A stretch of DNA of 58,619 nt, from the IMG/VR virus record IMGVR_UViG_3300036900_000065, positions 1-58,619 of that record; one strand, written 5' to 3'. Numbering within the stretch: position 1 is the stretch's first letter; every line of letters begins with the position of its first letter. The notes under the pieces were generated by a model that was not told the origin of the DNA, ran no database searches, and saw only the letters and a program-made list of their open reading frames with translations. This document shows, piece after piece, positions 17,744 through 25,718 of the stretch. This DNA comes from a virus. Taxonomy: Duplodnaviria; Caudoviricetes. Position numbers and translations under genes: made by a program.

Positions 17744-18993
17744 CGCCGGAATAGCCTCCGCCGCAAGTCCTGCACCCTGTCCGCCTCGGCCCGCGATGCG
17801 GCGTCCGACGCCTTCTTGTCTTTCTCGTCCTGCACCTGCTGCCCGTGGAAGATCATCGCCTCCTTTGCATAGTTGAAGCGCCCGTTCATGTGGATCGGCT
17901 TGACCATCGTCAGCGTGGTGGAGGTGCCCCCGTCCGTCTGCTCGTAGGTGCAGCCGGAGCATCCCATCACTTCGTCGTAGAGGATCAGCGACGGCGCGGT
18001 GACGGTGTAGTATTCGCCCGCCCGCCAGATGTCCTCGGATGCGTTGGCGTCCTTGAACCAGCCCTGCACCGTGATCTGCGCCTCGATCTCGCTGCCCTCG
18101 GTGAACACCTTCTCCATCTCGGCCCGCCGCTGGATGCCGTGCATGGTGTCGGCCACGTCGGCCACCACGACCAAGTGCCGGTTGCGCGACGAGGTGCCGT
18201 CGACCTGCGCCACCTGCTTGTTCTGCGGGTCGCCGTTAGCGCTGTCGCTGCCGATGTTCTGGCCGGTGGCGAAGATCTGACGATAGATCATCGGGTCGCG
18301 CGCTACGCAGTTGGCCGACTTGATGTTGATCCCCTCGACCAGCCAGCCCAGCGTGGTCGCCGGATGCTCGCCGATCAGCAGCAGGCCGCCATTGGCCTCC
18401 GACCCGATCACGATGGAGCGCATCTTGGCGTAACGCTCGATGGCCTGCATCGGGGTCTCCCCCGGCTGTACCTGAATGTTCTCGAACGGCGTGCCGTCCA
18501 CGTTGCCGCGCGTGTGGACGCCGATGTTGAGATGCGCCGACAAGTCCTTCGCCAGTTGCTCGACCGACTTGCCGTCATGCCCGTTGAGCTTGTCGAGCGG
18601 CACCGACGAGTTGACCAGATCGGCGGTGTCGCCGCAGCCGATCAGCCGCACGCCGTGCTGCTGCCCATCGAAGCCGACATGGCGCTCCGAGATGTATCCG
18701 AACACCGCAGGCGCGCCGCCAAGCAGCACCCGCACCACGTCGCCGGGGACGAATTGCGCGCCGTTGACGGTGAGCGGGATCGGCACCTCCTCGGTGCAGT
18801 CGAAGGTGAAGGTCGGGAACGCCTCGGTCCATTTCTGCTCGACGCGCACCGTCGTCCAGTTGGAGAAGAACTGACCCTTGACTTCGAGGCTCGCGATCTC
18901 CTTCGGCCCCGGCATCCGCTCATAGACGGGCGCGTCAATCGTGTCCTGCTCCGGGGCGGGCTTGTTGATGACGCGGAAGGGAATGTCGTTCAT
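17740..18993 (-). CDS. Baseplate hub, Mu gpP(gp44)-like
   Basis: WT.VRV, TADLV.SS, QPGET...IER; position; alternative GTG start at 18999. Confidence 0.85.
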   Translation of the reverse strand: MNDIPFRVINKPAPEQDTIDAPVYERMPGPKEIASLEVKGQFFSNWTTVRVEQKWTEAFPTFTFDCTEEVPIPLTVNGAQFVPGDVVRVLLGGAPAVFGYISERHVGFDGQQHGVRLIGCGDTADLVNSSVPLDKLNGHDGKSVEQLAKDLSAHLNIGVHTRGNVDGTPFENIQVQPGETPMQAIERYAKMRSIVIGSEANGGLLLIGEHPATTLGWLVEGINIKSANCVARDPMIYRQIFATGQNIGSDSANGDPQNKQVAQVDGTSSRNRHLVVVADVADTMHGIQRRAEMEKVFTEGSEIEAQITVQGWFKDANASEDIWRAGEYYTVTAPSLILYDEVMGCSGCTYEQTDGGTSTTLTMVKPIHMNGRFNYAKEAMIFHGQQVQDEKDKKASDAASRAEADRVQDLRRRLFRR

Positions 18994-18995
18994 CG

Positions 18996-19664
18996 TCACA
19001 CCGCCAGCATGACGCCCTCGCGCGGCATGAATGCCGGGTGGCAAACCGAATTTTCGGCCACCAGTTCCTGATAGCGCGACGGGTCGGCATAGGCCCGCTG
19101 CGCCATCCGCAGCGCGGGCATGACCGCCTGAAAGTTGTACGAGATGACGCGCGGAAGCTGGCGACCGCGATCCGCGAGGTGTTGCGTCACATCGCCCTGC
19201 AGGCGGATGAGCGCCATATAGGTCGCCGCGTCGAGGTCGTCGGCGGCGATCTCCGCCGTCTCCGCGAACGCCGCGTTGATCTGCAACGCGATGGCGTCCG
19301 CCTCCTGCCTCGACCTGAACGCCATATAGGCGACGATCCGCGCCTCCGTCGCCAAGGTGAGGCGCACGATGTCCATCACCGTGCCGATCCCCGGCGGGCT
19401 GGTGGGCGTCTCGGCCAGCGCCGCCTTGCGCACGCGGTCCATGGTGGGGAGCGTCGCCCCGCAAAACCGCGCCAGATCGACGCAGACATTGAAGGCGAAG
19501 CAGAACGATTGCGGGTCCGTCAGATCGCGATCCGCCACCATCATCCCGACCGCGCGGCGGAGCGCGGCGCCGACATCGCCGGTCAGGCTGACAGCCGACG
19601 ACAGCACCACCGGCCCGATGCGCTGGATGATGCCGAGAACTTCTTTGGCCTCGTCGCCGGTCAT
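18996..19664 (-). CDS. Mu gpN-like protein, C-terminal part
   Basis: MPAL..AQRAY.D.SRY.ELV.EN...HPAFMP. Confidence 0.75.
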   Translation of the reverse strand: MTGDEAKEVLGIIQRIGPVVLSSAVSLTGDVGAALRRAVGMMVADRDLTDPQSFCFAFNVCVDLARFCGATLPTMDRVRKAALAETPTSPPGIGTVMDIVRLTLATEARIVAYMAFRSRQEADAIALQINAAFAETAEIAADDLDAATYMALIRLQGDVTQHLADRGRQLPRVISYNFQAVMPALRMAQRAYADPSRYQELVAENSVCHPAFMPREGVMLAV

Positions 19665-20272
19665 ATCTTCATCTCGGTGCGGAATTGGAGGCTGTTGATC
19701 GCTTGGGTGACGGTCGGCGCGCCCGCCTTGGCGCTCTTGTGCACCTCGGCGTAGCGCATGAGCTTTAAGACCTTGGCGTCCGACATGCGGGTCGGCGGGC
19801 CGATCAGCTGGTCCTCCAGCTTGAACGCGCTGTCCTCGATCTGCCCCGCGGTGTTGATTTGCGCCCGGAATTGCGGGTCGCCATATTCAACGAAGTCCAT
19901 CTCGACCGTGCACATGCCGCCGCGCTCGCGGCCCTCGGTGACGGTGTAGCTGACGACCGTCACCTTCACGTCGGCCATTTGATAAGGCAGCGGCAGGCGC
20001 AACAGGCCGGGGCCGTCCTTGTCCAGTTCCCCGATGAGCCGGTTCTTCTGCTCCCAATAGTGCGGGCCGATCAGATAGCCCTGCACAAGGAAGCGCAGCG
20101 CCTTGCGCCCCAAGTCCTCGGCATAGGGCATGTTGCGCTTCGGATATTCATGCACCGCCACCCGCCGCCCGCCGACGCGCGCATCCGTCTCGACGAAGAA
20201 CTGCGCGTTGCGGAAGGCCGCCGGTTGATAGCGGTCGCGCCATGGGTTCGGGAGCTTCGTCTTGATCGTCAT
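19661..20272 (-). CDS. DNA circularisation protein N-terminal domain (Mu gpN-like)
   Basis: AAFR...FFV, GGRRVAVHEYPKR..PYAEDLGR, M.FVEYG. Confidence 0.9.
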   Translation of the reverse strand: MTIKTKLPNPWRDRYQPAAFRNAQFFVETDARVGGRRVAVHEYPKRNMPYAEDLGRKALRFLVQGYLIGPHYWEQKNRLIGELDKDGPGLLRLPLPYQMADVKVTVVSYTVTEGRERGGMCTVEMDFVEYGDPQFRAQINTAGQIEDSAFKLEDQLIGPPTRMSDAKVLKLMRYAEVHKSAKAGAPTVTQAINSLQFRTEMKI

Positions 20273-22968
20273 ACGTCAACGCCCACGTCTTCGGTGCGCT
20301 GCATCTGCTTGTGCTGCCGGATGGTCGGCGGCTGGAACAATTGCCCGTCCGTCTTGGCGCTCGCCTCCGCCTTGGTGCCGTTGGAATTGACGGTGACGTT
20401 GACCGATCCGGACGACGCCTGCGCGCCGACCGCGCCGTCGATCCGCGCCGTGCTTGTGGGCGGCAGGGTCGCGCCAATCGCCTCGCGGCTGAACTGGCTA
20501 TAGTTGCCGCGCCGCCCGCCGATGTCGAAGTGCATGAGGTCGGGGACGCCGCCGCCGCCGATCTGCGTGCCGAATTGCCCGCCCCACTGGAACTTGCCGG
20601 TGAGCTCCGGGTGCATCTTTTCCTGATAGCCGTAGGCGTTCTGAGCCAGTTGCTTGTAGAGACCGGTCTCGTCCCAGCCGCGATTGTTCACCGCCCTGCC
20701 ATCCGGCCCGATGATCTGGAAGTCCTCGGCCATGCCGCGCGGGTGGAAGCCCCTGCGGCTGGGGTCGCGGCCCGCCGACGTCATCTGAATTTTATAGCCG
20801 GGAGGAAGCCCCTCCGCCGCCGCGCTGACGATCTCCGCGATGCGCGGGTCGGCGCGGTTCTCGCCCCAGACGCCCTTGGCGTTCGGCAGGCGTCGGTCGC
20901 CGGTGTAGGCTCCGGGCGCTGGCGTGGCGGTGGCCTGCCCGTTCGGCGGCAGGGCTTTGTTCATCGCCGACAGATATGCGGGGACGTTGTTCTCGGACCC
21001 CGGAGCCCACCGGTTGATGGCCTGCCCCAGCGTCAGGTTCTTGTAGCCGCCGCTCTCGAACAGCAGCTTCTCCTGCGCGCTCCTGCCCGCCTGGTAATTG
21101 GGAAACACCGCGAAGCGCCCGTCCGACCCGGTTGCCCCGTGCGCCTTGGCGAAGGCCCCGTATTCGATATTGCCGGGGTTGTTGTTGCGGAACGAGCGCG
21201 ACCCCGGAAAAAAGCCTTCGTGCTTCTGCATCGCGTCCAGCAAAGCGGTGCGCTGCGCTGGCGAATAGTCGCTCATCTTCGCGCCCGCGCCGGAACCGCC
21301 TGCGCCGCCGCCTGTCGCGCTGCCGCCGCCCGTCAGGGGCGCGCTGGCCCCGCCGCCGCCGCCATAGGTGCCGCTCGCGCCGCCGCCGCCGCTGCTGCCG
21401 CCCAACCCGAAGCCACCGCCGCCGCCCCCGTCGCCGCCGCCCCACGACGCCTTGGTGATCATCCCGCCGCCATCGCCGCCGCTCACCGTCGCGCCCGCCG
21501 AGATGTACGACTTAAAATCAACCATGCCCTGAAAGACGCCGGTCCTGATGATCCGGGTTGCGCCGCTCTCGCCATCGCCGCCGCCGAAGGCGATCTTCGA
21601 CACGCCGGGACCGCCCTTGGGCCAGAAGCGCTGCGGCAGTTCGCCCGTCTCGGCGGGCCTCGGCCACATCACCGCGCCCGCCGCGCCGACCCCGCCCATC
21701 GCCGCCCCGCCGCCGCCCGCCATCATCGCGCGGATCATCGGCCAATAGCGCGCGATCAGCATGGCGTTGCCGGTCGCGCCCGCCGCCGACGACGCCGGAT
21801 TGTCCATCAATTGCCCGCCGACCGTCGTGCCAAGCTGGCGGATGTCGGACGCCTTCGAGATGTACTGATGGAAGTCGTCGCTGGCCGCGCTGAGATGCAG
21901 CATGTGCCGCCAGCCGCCGGTCGCGGGCGCTCTCGATGATGGCGAAATGCTCTTGAGGACTTCGTCGGCCCGCCGCTTGCGCTCAAGCTCCTCGGGCGTC
22001 GGCCCGCGCGGCGCTGCTGGCGCAACCGGCTCGTCCTCTGGATAGTGCATACCGAATTTGTGCCCAATCGCCCGCCCAAGCGCAGCAGGTCCCGCTGGCA
22101 GCCATGCGGGCGGCTTCCAATTGGCGATCTGGTTGAGAAGGCCGAGAAGTTTGTCGAGGTTCTTGAGGTCTTCCGCCAAGGCGGGAAAGAGCGCGGCGCC
22201 CACCGTGGTCTTAAAATCGTCCCATGTGGAGCCGAGTTTGATCAGCGCGTCTGAATAAGCCTTCGCCTTCGCCACCTGCTCATCGGTGATCGGCTGCTGC
22301 TCCTGCATGGTCTTGACGAGATCGACCCACTTGAGCCGCGTCGCATCCGCGCCCAGCCCCAGCATCTCGAAGAAGCGCCGCGCCTTGACCCCGGACGGGT
22401 CTTCCCTTTCCAGAACCTCCTTGAAGTCGTAGGCCGCCTTGAGCTTGTCGATTGTCGTGGTGGCGTTGTTGATCGCGTCGAGGACCGGCCCCGCGCCCAT
22501 GGCGATCATCTGCCCGCGCAACTGCCCGATACGCAGCGCGAAGTCCTCGGTGTTGCGCTTGAAGGTCTTGAGGCCCTCCGCCATCGCATCCGGCGCGATC
22601 CCCGCGCGCTGCGCCTCTATCGAGAACGCCTTCAGCGCGCTCGTGCTGACGCCAAGCTCCTTCGACGAGGTCTTGAGGTCGAGGATGCTCTTGGAAATGT
22701 CGCCAAGCGTGCTGACCAGCTTGTAGGCGGCCACGCCCGCGCCCGCCGCGCCAAGGCCGAAGCCGCCCAGCGCCGGGACCGCCCCGAGAAGTTCCTGCCC
22801 GACGCCCTTGATCGACTTGCCGAGAGCCGCCCAGCCGGTCGCCGCCTGCGCCGCGCCCTTGCCGCCCATGTGCTGGACGAGGCCGATCTCGCGCCCGATG
22901 CGGCGGATGTCCGCCAGCGCCTCGTCCGAGACGACGGTGGCTCTTAGGCGGAGGACTTCATCTGCCAT
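20269..22968 (-). CDS. Tape measure protein with C-terminal muralytic domains
   Basis: Follows the chaperones; Ala/Gly-rich helical N-half; RNNNPGNI and H.RG.A.D...MHFD motifs. Confidence 0.85.
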   Translation of the reverse strand: MADEVLRLRATVVSDEALADIRRIGREIGLVQHMGGKGAAQAATGWAALGKSIKGVGQELLGAVPALGGFGLGAAGAGVAAYKLVSTLGDISKSILDLKTSSKELGVSTSALKAFSIEAQRAGIAPDAMAEGLKTFKRNTEDFALRIGQLRGQMIAMGAGPVLDAINNATTTIDKLKAAYDFKEVLEREDPSGVKARRFFEMLGLGADATRLKWVDLVKTMQEQQPITDEQVAKAKAYSDALIKLGSTWDDFKTTVGAALFPALAEDLKNLDKLLGLLNQIANWKPPAWLPAGPAALGRAIGHKFGMHYPEDEPVAPAAPRGPTPEELERKRRADEVLKSISPSSRAPATGGWRHMLHLSAASDDFHQYISKASDIRQLGTTVGGQLMDNPASSAAGATGNAMLIARYWPMIRAMMAGGGGAAMGGVGAAGAVMWPRPAETGELPQRFWPKGGPGVSKIAFGGGDGESGATRIIRTGVFQGMVDFKSYISAGATVSGGDGGGMITKASWGGGDGGGGGGFGLGGSSGGGGASGTYGGGGGASAPLTGGGSATGGGAGGSGAGAKMSDYSPAQRTALLDAMQKHEGFFPGSRSFRNNNPGNIEYGAFAKAHGATGSDGRFAVFPNYQAGRSAQEKLLFESGGYKNLTLGQAINRWAPGSENNVPAYLSAMNKALPPNGQATATPAPGAYTGDRRLPNAKGVWGENRADPRIAEIVSAAAEGLPPGYKIQMTSAGRDPSRRGFHPRGMAEDFQIIGPDGRAVNNRGWDETGLYKQLAQNAYGYQEKMHPELTGKFQWGGQFGTQIGGGGVPDLMHFDIGGRRGNYSQFSREAIGATLPPTSTARIDGAVGAQASSGSVNVTVNSNGTKAEASAKTDGQLFQPPTIRQHKQMQRTEDVGVDV

Positions 22969-22980
22969 GCGCTGCCGCCC

Positions 22981-23103
22981 TTATCGGGGCCGCGTGGCCT
23001 CCGCAGCGGCCAGCAGCCTGTCCGTCCAAACCATGTGCCGCTCGACTTCGCTCGTCGGCATGTTGAGAAATTCCGCCGGAGGACGCGAGTAGAACCGCGC
23101 CAT
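22981..23103 (-). CDS. Tail assembly chaperone extension (gpT-like, reached by -1 frameshift)
   Basis: -1 frame open from the slippery site: ...DAILNCYRMARFYSRPPAEFLNMP... Confidence 0.7.
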   Translation of the reverse strand: MARFYSRPPAEFLNMPTSEVERHMVWTDRLLAAAEATRPR

Positions 23104-23114
23104 GCGATAGCAAT

Positions 23115-23465
23115 TCAGAATTGCATCGCCTGCGCGTCCGGCACGAAAAAACCCATCAGCCTATGCGCGCAAGTCGCGAAGTCCTTGCCGCCCAGCGCCT
23201 TCACCGTCGACGGCGGCACCGCGCCAAGCTGCGAGATGACGTTCGCCATCACCGCAGGGTTGGGCGACACCTCGCCGGTCTGCCAGTCGATGTTGACCGG
23301 CCACTTCTCGCCAAGCTGGAGCATGTCGGCCCCGGTCGGCTCGCGGAAGGTCAGCGTCTTCGTCATTTCGCCGTTCGCCATCACCGGCTTTTTCAGTTCG
23401 ACCACGATCTCGGTTGAGGGGGACGCCGCCGCATCCGCCTTCTCACCCACTGCTTCACCCGCCAT
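23115..23465 (-). CDS. Tail assembly chaperone (gpG / Mu gp41-like)
   Basis: LKKPV...LTFREPTGAD...; between tube and tape measure genes. Confidence 0.85.
   Translation of the reverse strand: MAGEAVGEKADAAASPSTEIVVELKKPVMANGEMTKTLTFREPTGADMLQLGEKWPVNIDWQTGEVSPNPAVMANVISQLGAVPPSTVKALGGKDFATCAHRLMGFFVPDAQAMQF
23145..23154 (-). other. Programmed -1 frameshift slippery site G GGT TTT TTC
   Basis: XXXYYYZ heptamer near the end of the chaperone gene, in register with the downstream ORF. Confidence 0.75.
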
Positions 23466-23477
23466 GAAGGAACCCTC

Positions 23478-23840
23478 TTATATTTCGTCGCCATCAATCC
23501 CCTCGAACCGGACCCGGAACTGACCATCCGCCGTGTTGATGTCGATTGGCCCCTTGCACCACGCGTTGCGCAGCACGTAGGTCCGCCCGTTCACAAGCTC
23601 CGCCGTGATGGTCGCGTCGATGACGCCCTCCAAGAACTCGGTGCTGATCTCGGGCAGGGTCGAAACATCGCCCTCGATATAGGGGACGCGCGGCAGCTCC
23701 TGATAGCCGTGCACGTAGTCCTGACCGGCGATGCCGTTGCGCTCGACGGCGGAGATCGAGACGGTCAGTGATCCCTTGAGGGGATACATCGAGCCATCGA
23801 CCTTGAGGTAGGCGGTTCCTGCAATCGGACCCTGCGGCAT
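23478..23840 (-). CDS. Tail tube protein (Mu gpM-like)
   Basis: IAGTAYLKVDG, VHGYQE.P..PYIEG, TAELVNG..YVL..AW. Confidence 0.9.
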   Translation of the reverse strand: MPQGPIAGTAYLKVDGSMYPLKGSLTVSISAVERNGIAGQDYVHGYQELPRVPYIEGDVSTLPEISTEFLEGVIDATITAELVNGRTYVLRNAWCKGPIDINTADGQFRVRFEGIDGDEI

Positions 23841-23999
23841 TGAAGCCTCCTGTCTGGGGTGCCGCGATGGCATTCCACGCCGCCGGGGAGGGCGCAAGGT
23901 GGGCCGGGGCCGCCGTCGCGGCCCGCCGGGCGGGGATGGCCGGGGCCGGGAGGGGAGCCATATTCGCCCCAGCCGCGCCCGAAGGCCGCCAGTGGCCGC

Positions 24000-24236
24000 C
24001 TAATCCGTTCTGGTGGCGGGCGGCTGGGGCGGGTTGTAGGCGGGCCGGGAGGCCGCCATCAGCTTGCGGGTTCGCCAGCCCCTCTTGGCCGCCGCCGACC
24101 GGCCCGCCGTTCCAACGTCACGAGAAACAGCGCGGCGGGCGCGGGCGCGCTGGGCCTCGTAAACCGCATGGCATTGGCGGCACCATCGCTGCCCTTGCCG
24201 GTCGTTGGGGCCGCCGCAACGGCTGCATTCCTTCAT
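24000..24236 (-). CDS. Small basic Zn-finger protein
   Basis: CSRC...WCRQC; coupled to the upstream gene. Confidence 0.55.
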   Translation of the reverse strand: MKECSRCGGPNDRQGQRWCRQCHAVYEAQRARARRAVSRDVGTAGRSAAAKRGWRTRKLMAASRPAYNPPQPPATRTD

Positions 24237-24721
24237 CCGACCGGCACCCCCTTGAGCAGCGGCGCGCCCGGATAAATCGCCGCGATGGCCGCCGCCGGGG
24301 CCGGATAGCGCGCCATCATCTCGTCCCGGCGGGCGTCGAAGGCGGTCCAGACGAACCCCGCCATGCCGCCGCCGATCACCATCACCCGCGCGTCGTAGCT
24401 GCGGCCCTCGCCCTCGCAGATGGCGAACTCGCCGGGGACACGCGAAAGTGGCGCGAGATCACCATTGATGCGGATGTCAAGGTCGAGAAAAATTATTTTC
24501 GACAGGCCCCGCCATTGCGGTTCGAACATCATCATCGCCGCCCACGGCCCCGGCAGGCGAAGCTCGGTGATGTCGATGCAGAGCACGCCCTCGACATCTC
24601 CCGGCTCTTGGGTCAGGCAGATAAGCCGGTGCGGCAGCGACAGGTGCGGCCAGACATTATCGCGCCATCGCCGCAGCCGCCCGACGCCGCCGCCTGCCGT
24701 CGCCACGATCAGGTCGCCCAT
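24233..24721 (-). CDS. Glycosyltransferase-like protein (GT-A, DxD)
   Basis: HL..PH.LICLT, W..MMMF, IFLDLDI.I.GDL; GGAGG RBS. Confidence 0.6.
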   Translation of the reverse strand: MGDLIVATAGGGVGRLRRWRDNVWPHLSLPHRLICLTQEPGDVEGVLCIDITELRLPGPWAAMMMFEPQWRGLSKIIFLDLDIRINGDLAPLSRVPGEFAICEGEGRSYDARVMVIGGGMAGFVWTAFDARRDEMMARYPAPAAAIAAIYPGAPLLKGVPVG

Positions 24722-24749
24722 TGACAACCTCCGACGCCGCCTCGATCAT
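24721..24749 (+). promoter_or_regulatory. Putative sigma70 promoter for the antisense mini-gene
   Basis: TTGACA-N17-GATCAT. Confidence 0.45.
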
Positions 24750-24865
24750 TCCGCCCGCAGGCTGACCATAGCATCGCGAAAGATGCGTTCAGCGATCCGG
24801 CGAGAAGCAAGGCGGCCCGTCCCTCTCCCGTTGGGGCGGGCCGTTTCAAACCCAAGGAGGGGACC

Positions 24866-25012
24866 ATGGCGCAACTCAAGATCGAAGTCACCGACGAGGA
24901 CGACGAGGAAGTCGTGTTCACATCCGACGACGCCAGCCAGACCAAGGACGACCGCAAGCAGGACGTGATCGCGGCGCTCGAAAAGGCCCTGCGCGACCTC
25001 AAGGACGAGTGA
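24866..25012 (+). CDS. 48-aa acidic protein antisense to the tail operon (not in the ORF track)
   Basis: AAGGAGG RBS; MAQLKIEVTDEDDEEVVFTSDDASQTKDDRKQDVIAALEKALRDLKDE. Confidence 0.65.
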   Translation: MAQLKIEVTDEDDEEVVFTSDDASQTKDDRKQDVIAALEKALRDLKDE

Positions 25013-25658
25013 GCGCGCGCACCCCATCGTCCAGCGTCGCCTTCTGGAAGCAGGGGATCGCGGAGTGCGGACAGGCGTTGACGATGTTGACCCCTGCCGC
25101 CGTCAGATAAGGCACGAACACCCGGAACTGCTCGGCCCAGATCAGCCAGCTGCGCGCCCGCCGGGGATCGCTCTCGCCCGCCCCGCCATAGTCGAAGCCG
25201 AACAGCACGATCCGCTTCGCCCGCTTGAGCAGCGCGATCTGCAATGCGCCGAAGCCGGACGTGCCGCCGCTGTACACCACGCCCGGATCATCCGAGACAG
25301 CCCGGCCCTCCCGGCGATGCAGGAACGTCACGTTGCGCGGCGGCGCGGGGTCAAGCTGCCCATCGTGCGCCGCCCAATAGACGCGGGTCGGCAGCCCCGC
25401 GAGCCTGTCGCGCCACTCGCCATAGCGGATCATGTCCATGCCGAAGCCCGCGTCGGCCCACGGGATCGAGAAGAGGCTGCCCTTCACCGCGAGGATGGTC
25501 GCCCCGCGCAGGCGCTCGAAGTCGAAGTCGATGAGAGAGGGGCCGCCGCCGACGATGCCCACCGTGTCCCAATTGGGCGGCTCGACCCGGCCATAGTCCG
25601 TCGCCGGTTCTTCCTCGACCGGCTTGATCGCCGCCTTCGCCGCCACCTTGCCCCCCAT
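24999..25658 (-). CDS. Maf/DUF115 (sialyltransferase-fold-like) transferase
   Basis: IVGGGPSL, SGGTSGF.ALQIA, IVLFGFDY, IVNAC..SAI.CF motifs. Confidence 0.65.
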   Translation of the reverse strand: MGGKVAAKAAIKPVEEEPATDYGRVEPPNWDTVGIVGGGPSLIDFDFERLRGATILAVKGSLFSIPWADAGFGMDMIRYGEWRDRLAGLPTRVYWAAHDGQLDPAPPRNVTFLHRREGRAVSDDPGVVYSGGTSGFGALQIALLKRAKRIVLFGFDYGGAGESDPRRARSWLIWAEQFRVFVPYLTAAGVNIVNACPHSAIPCFQKATLDDGVRALTRP

Positions 25659-25669
25659 CCACCCGCCTC

Positions 25670-25703
25670 GTTGGTAAGTCCGCCCGCCGCGTGACTTACC
25701 AAC
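25670..25703. repeat. Perfect 11-bp inverted repeat after the sheath gene
   Basis: GTTGGTAAGTC / GACTTACCAAC; no U-tail. Confidence 0.6.
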
Positions 25704-25718
25704 TTAGCTGGCTGGACG

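Noticed and set aside
18996-20272. Split gpN as a pseudogene
   Set aside because: Both halves are intact ORFs with ATGA coupling, consistent with a natural two-gene arrangement
24790-24806. Third anti-RBS RNA on the minus strand (CCGCCUUGCUUCU)
   Set aside because: G-U pairs of the adjacent hairpin favour the + strand and the sequence is not loop-displayed; kept only as a possible target-like site
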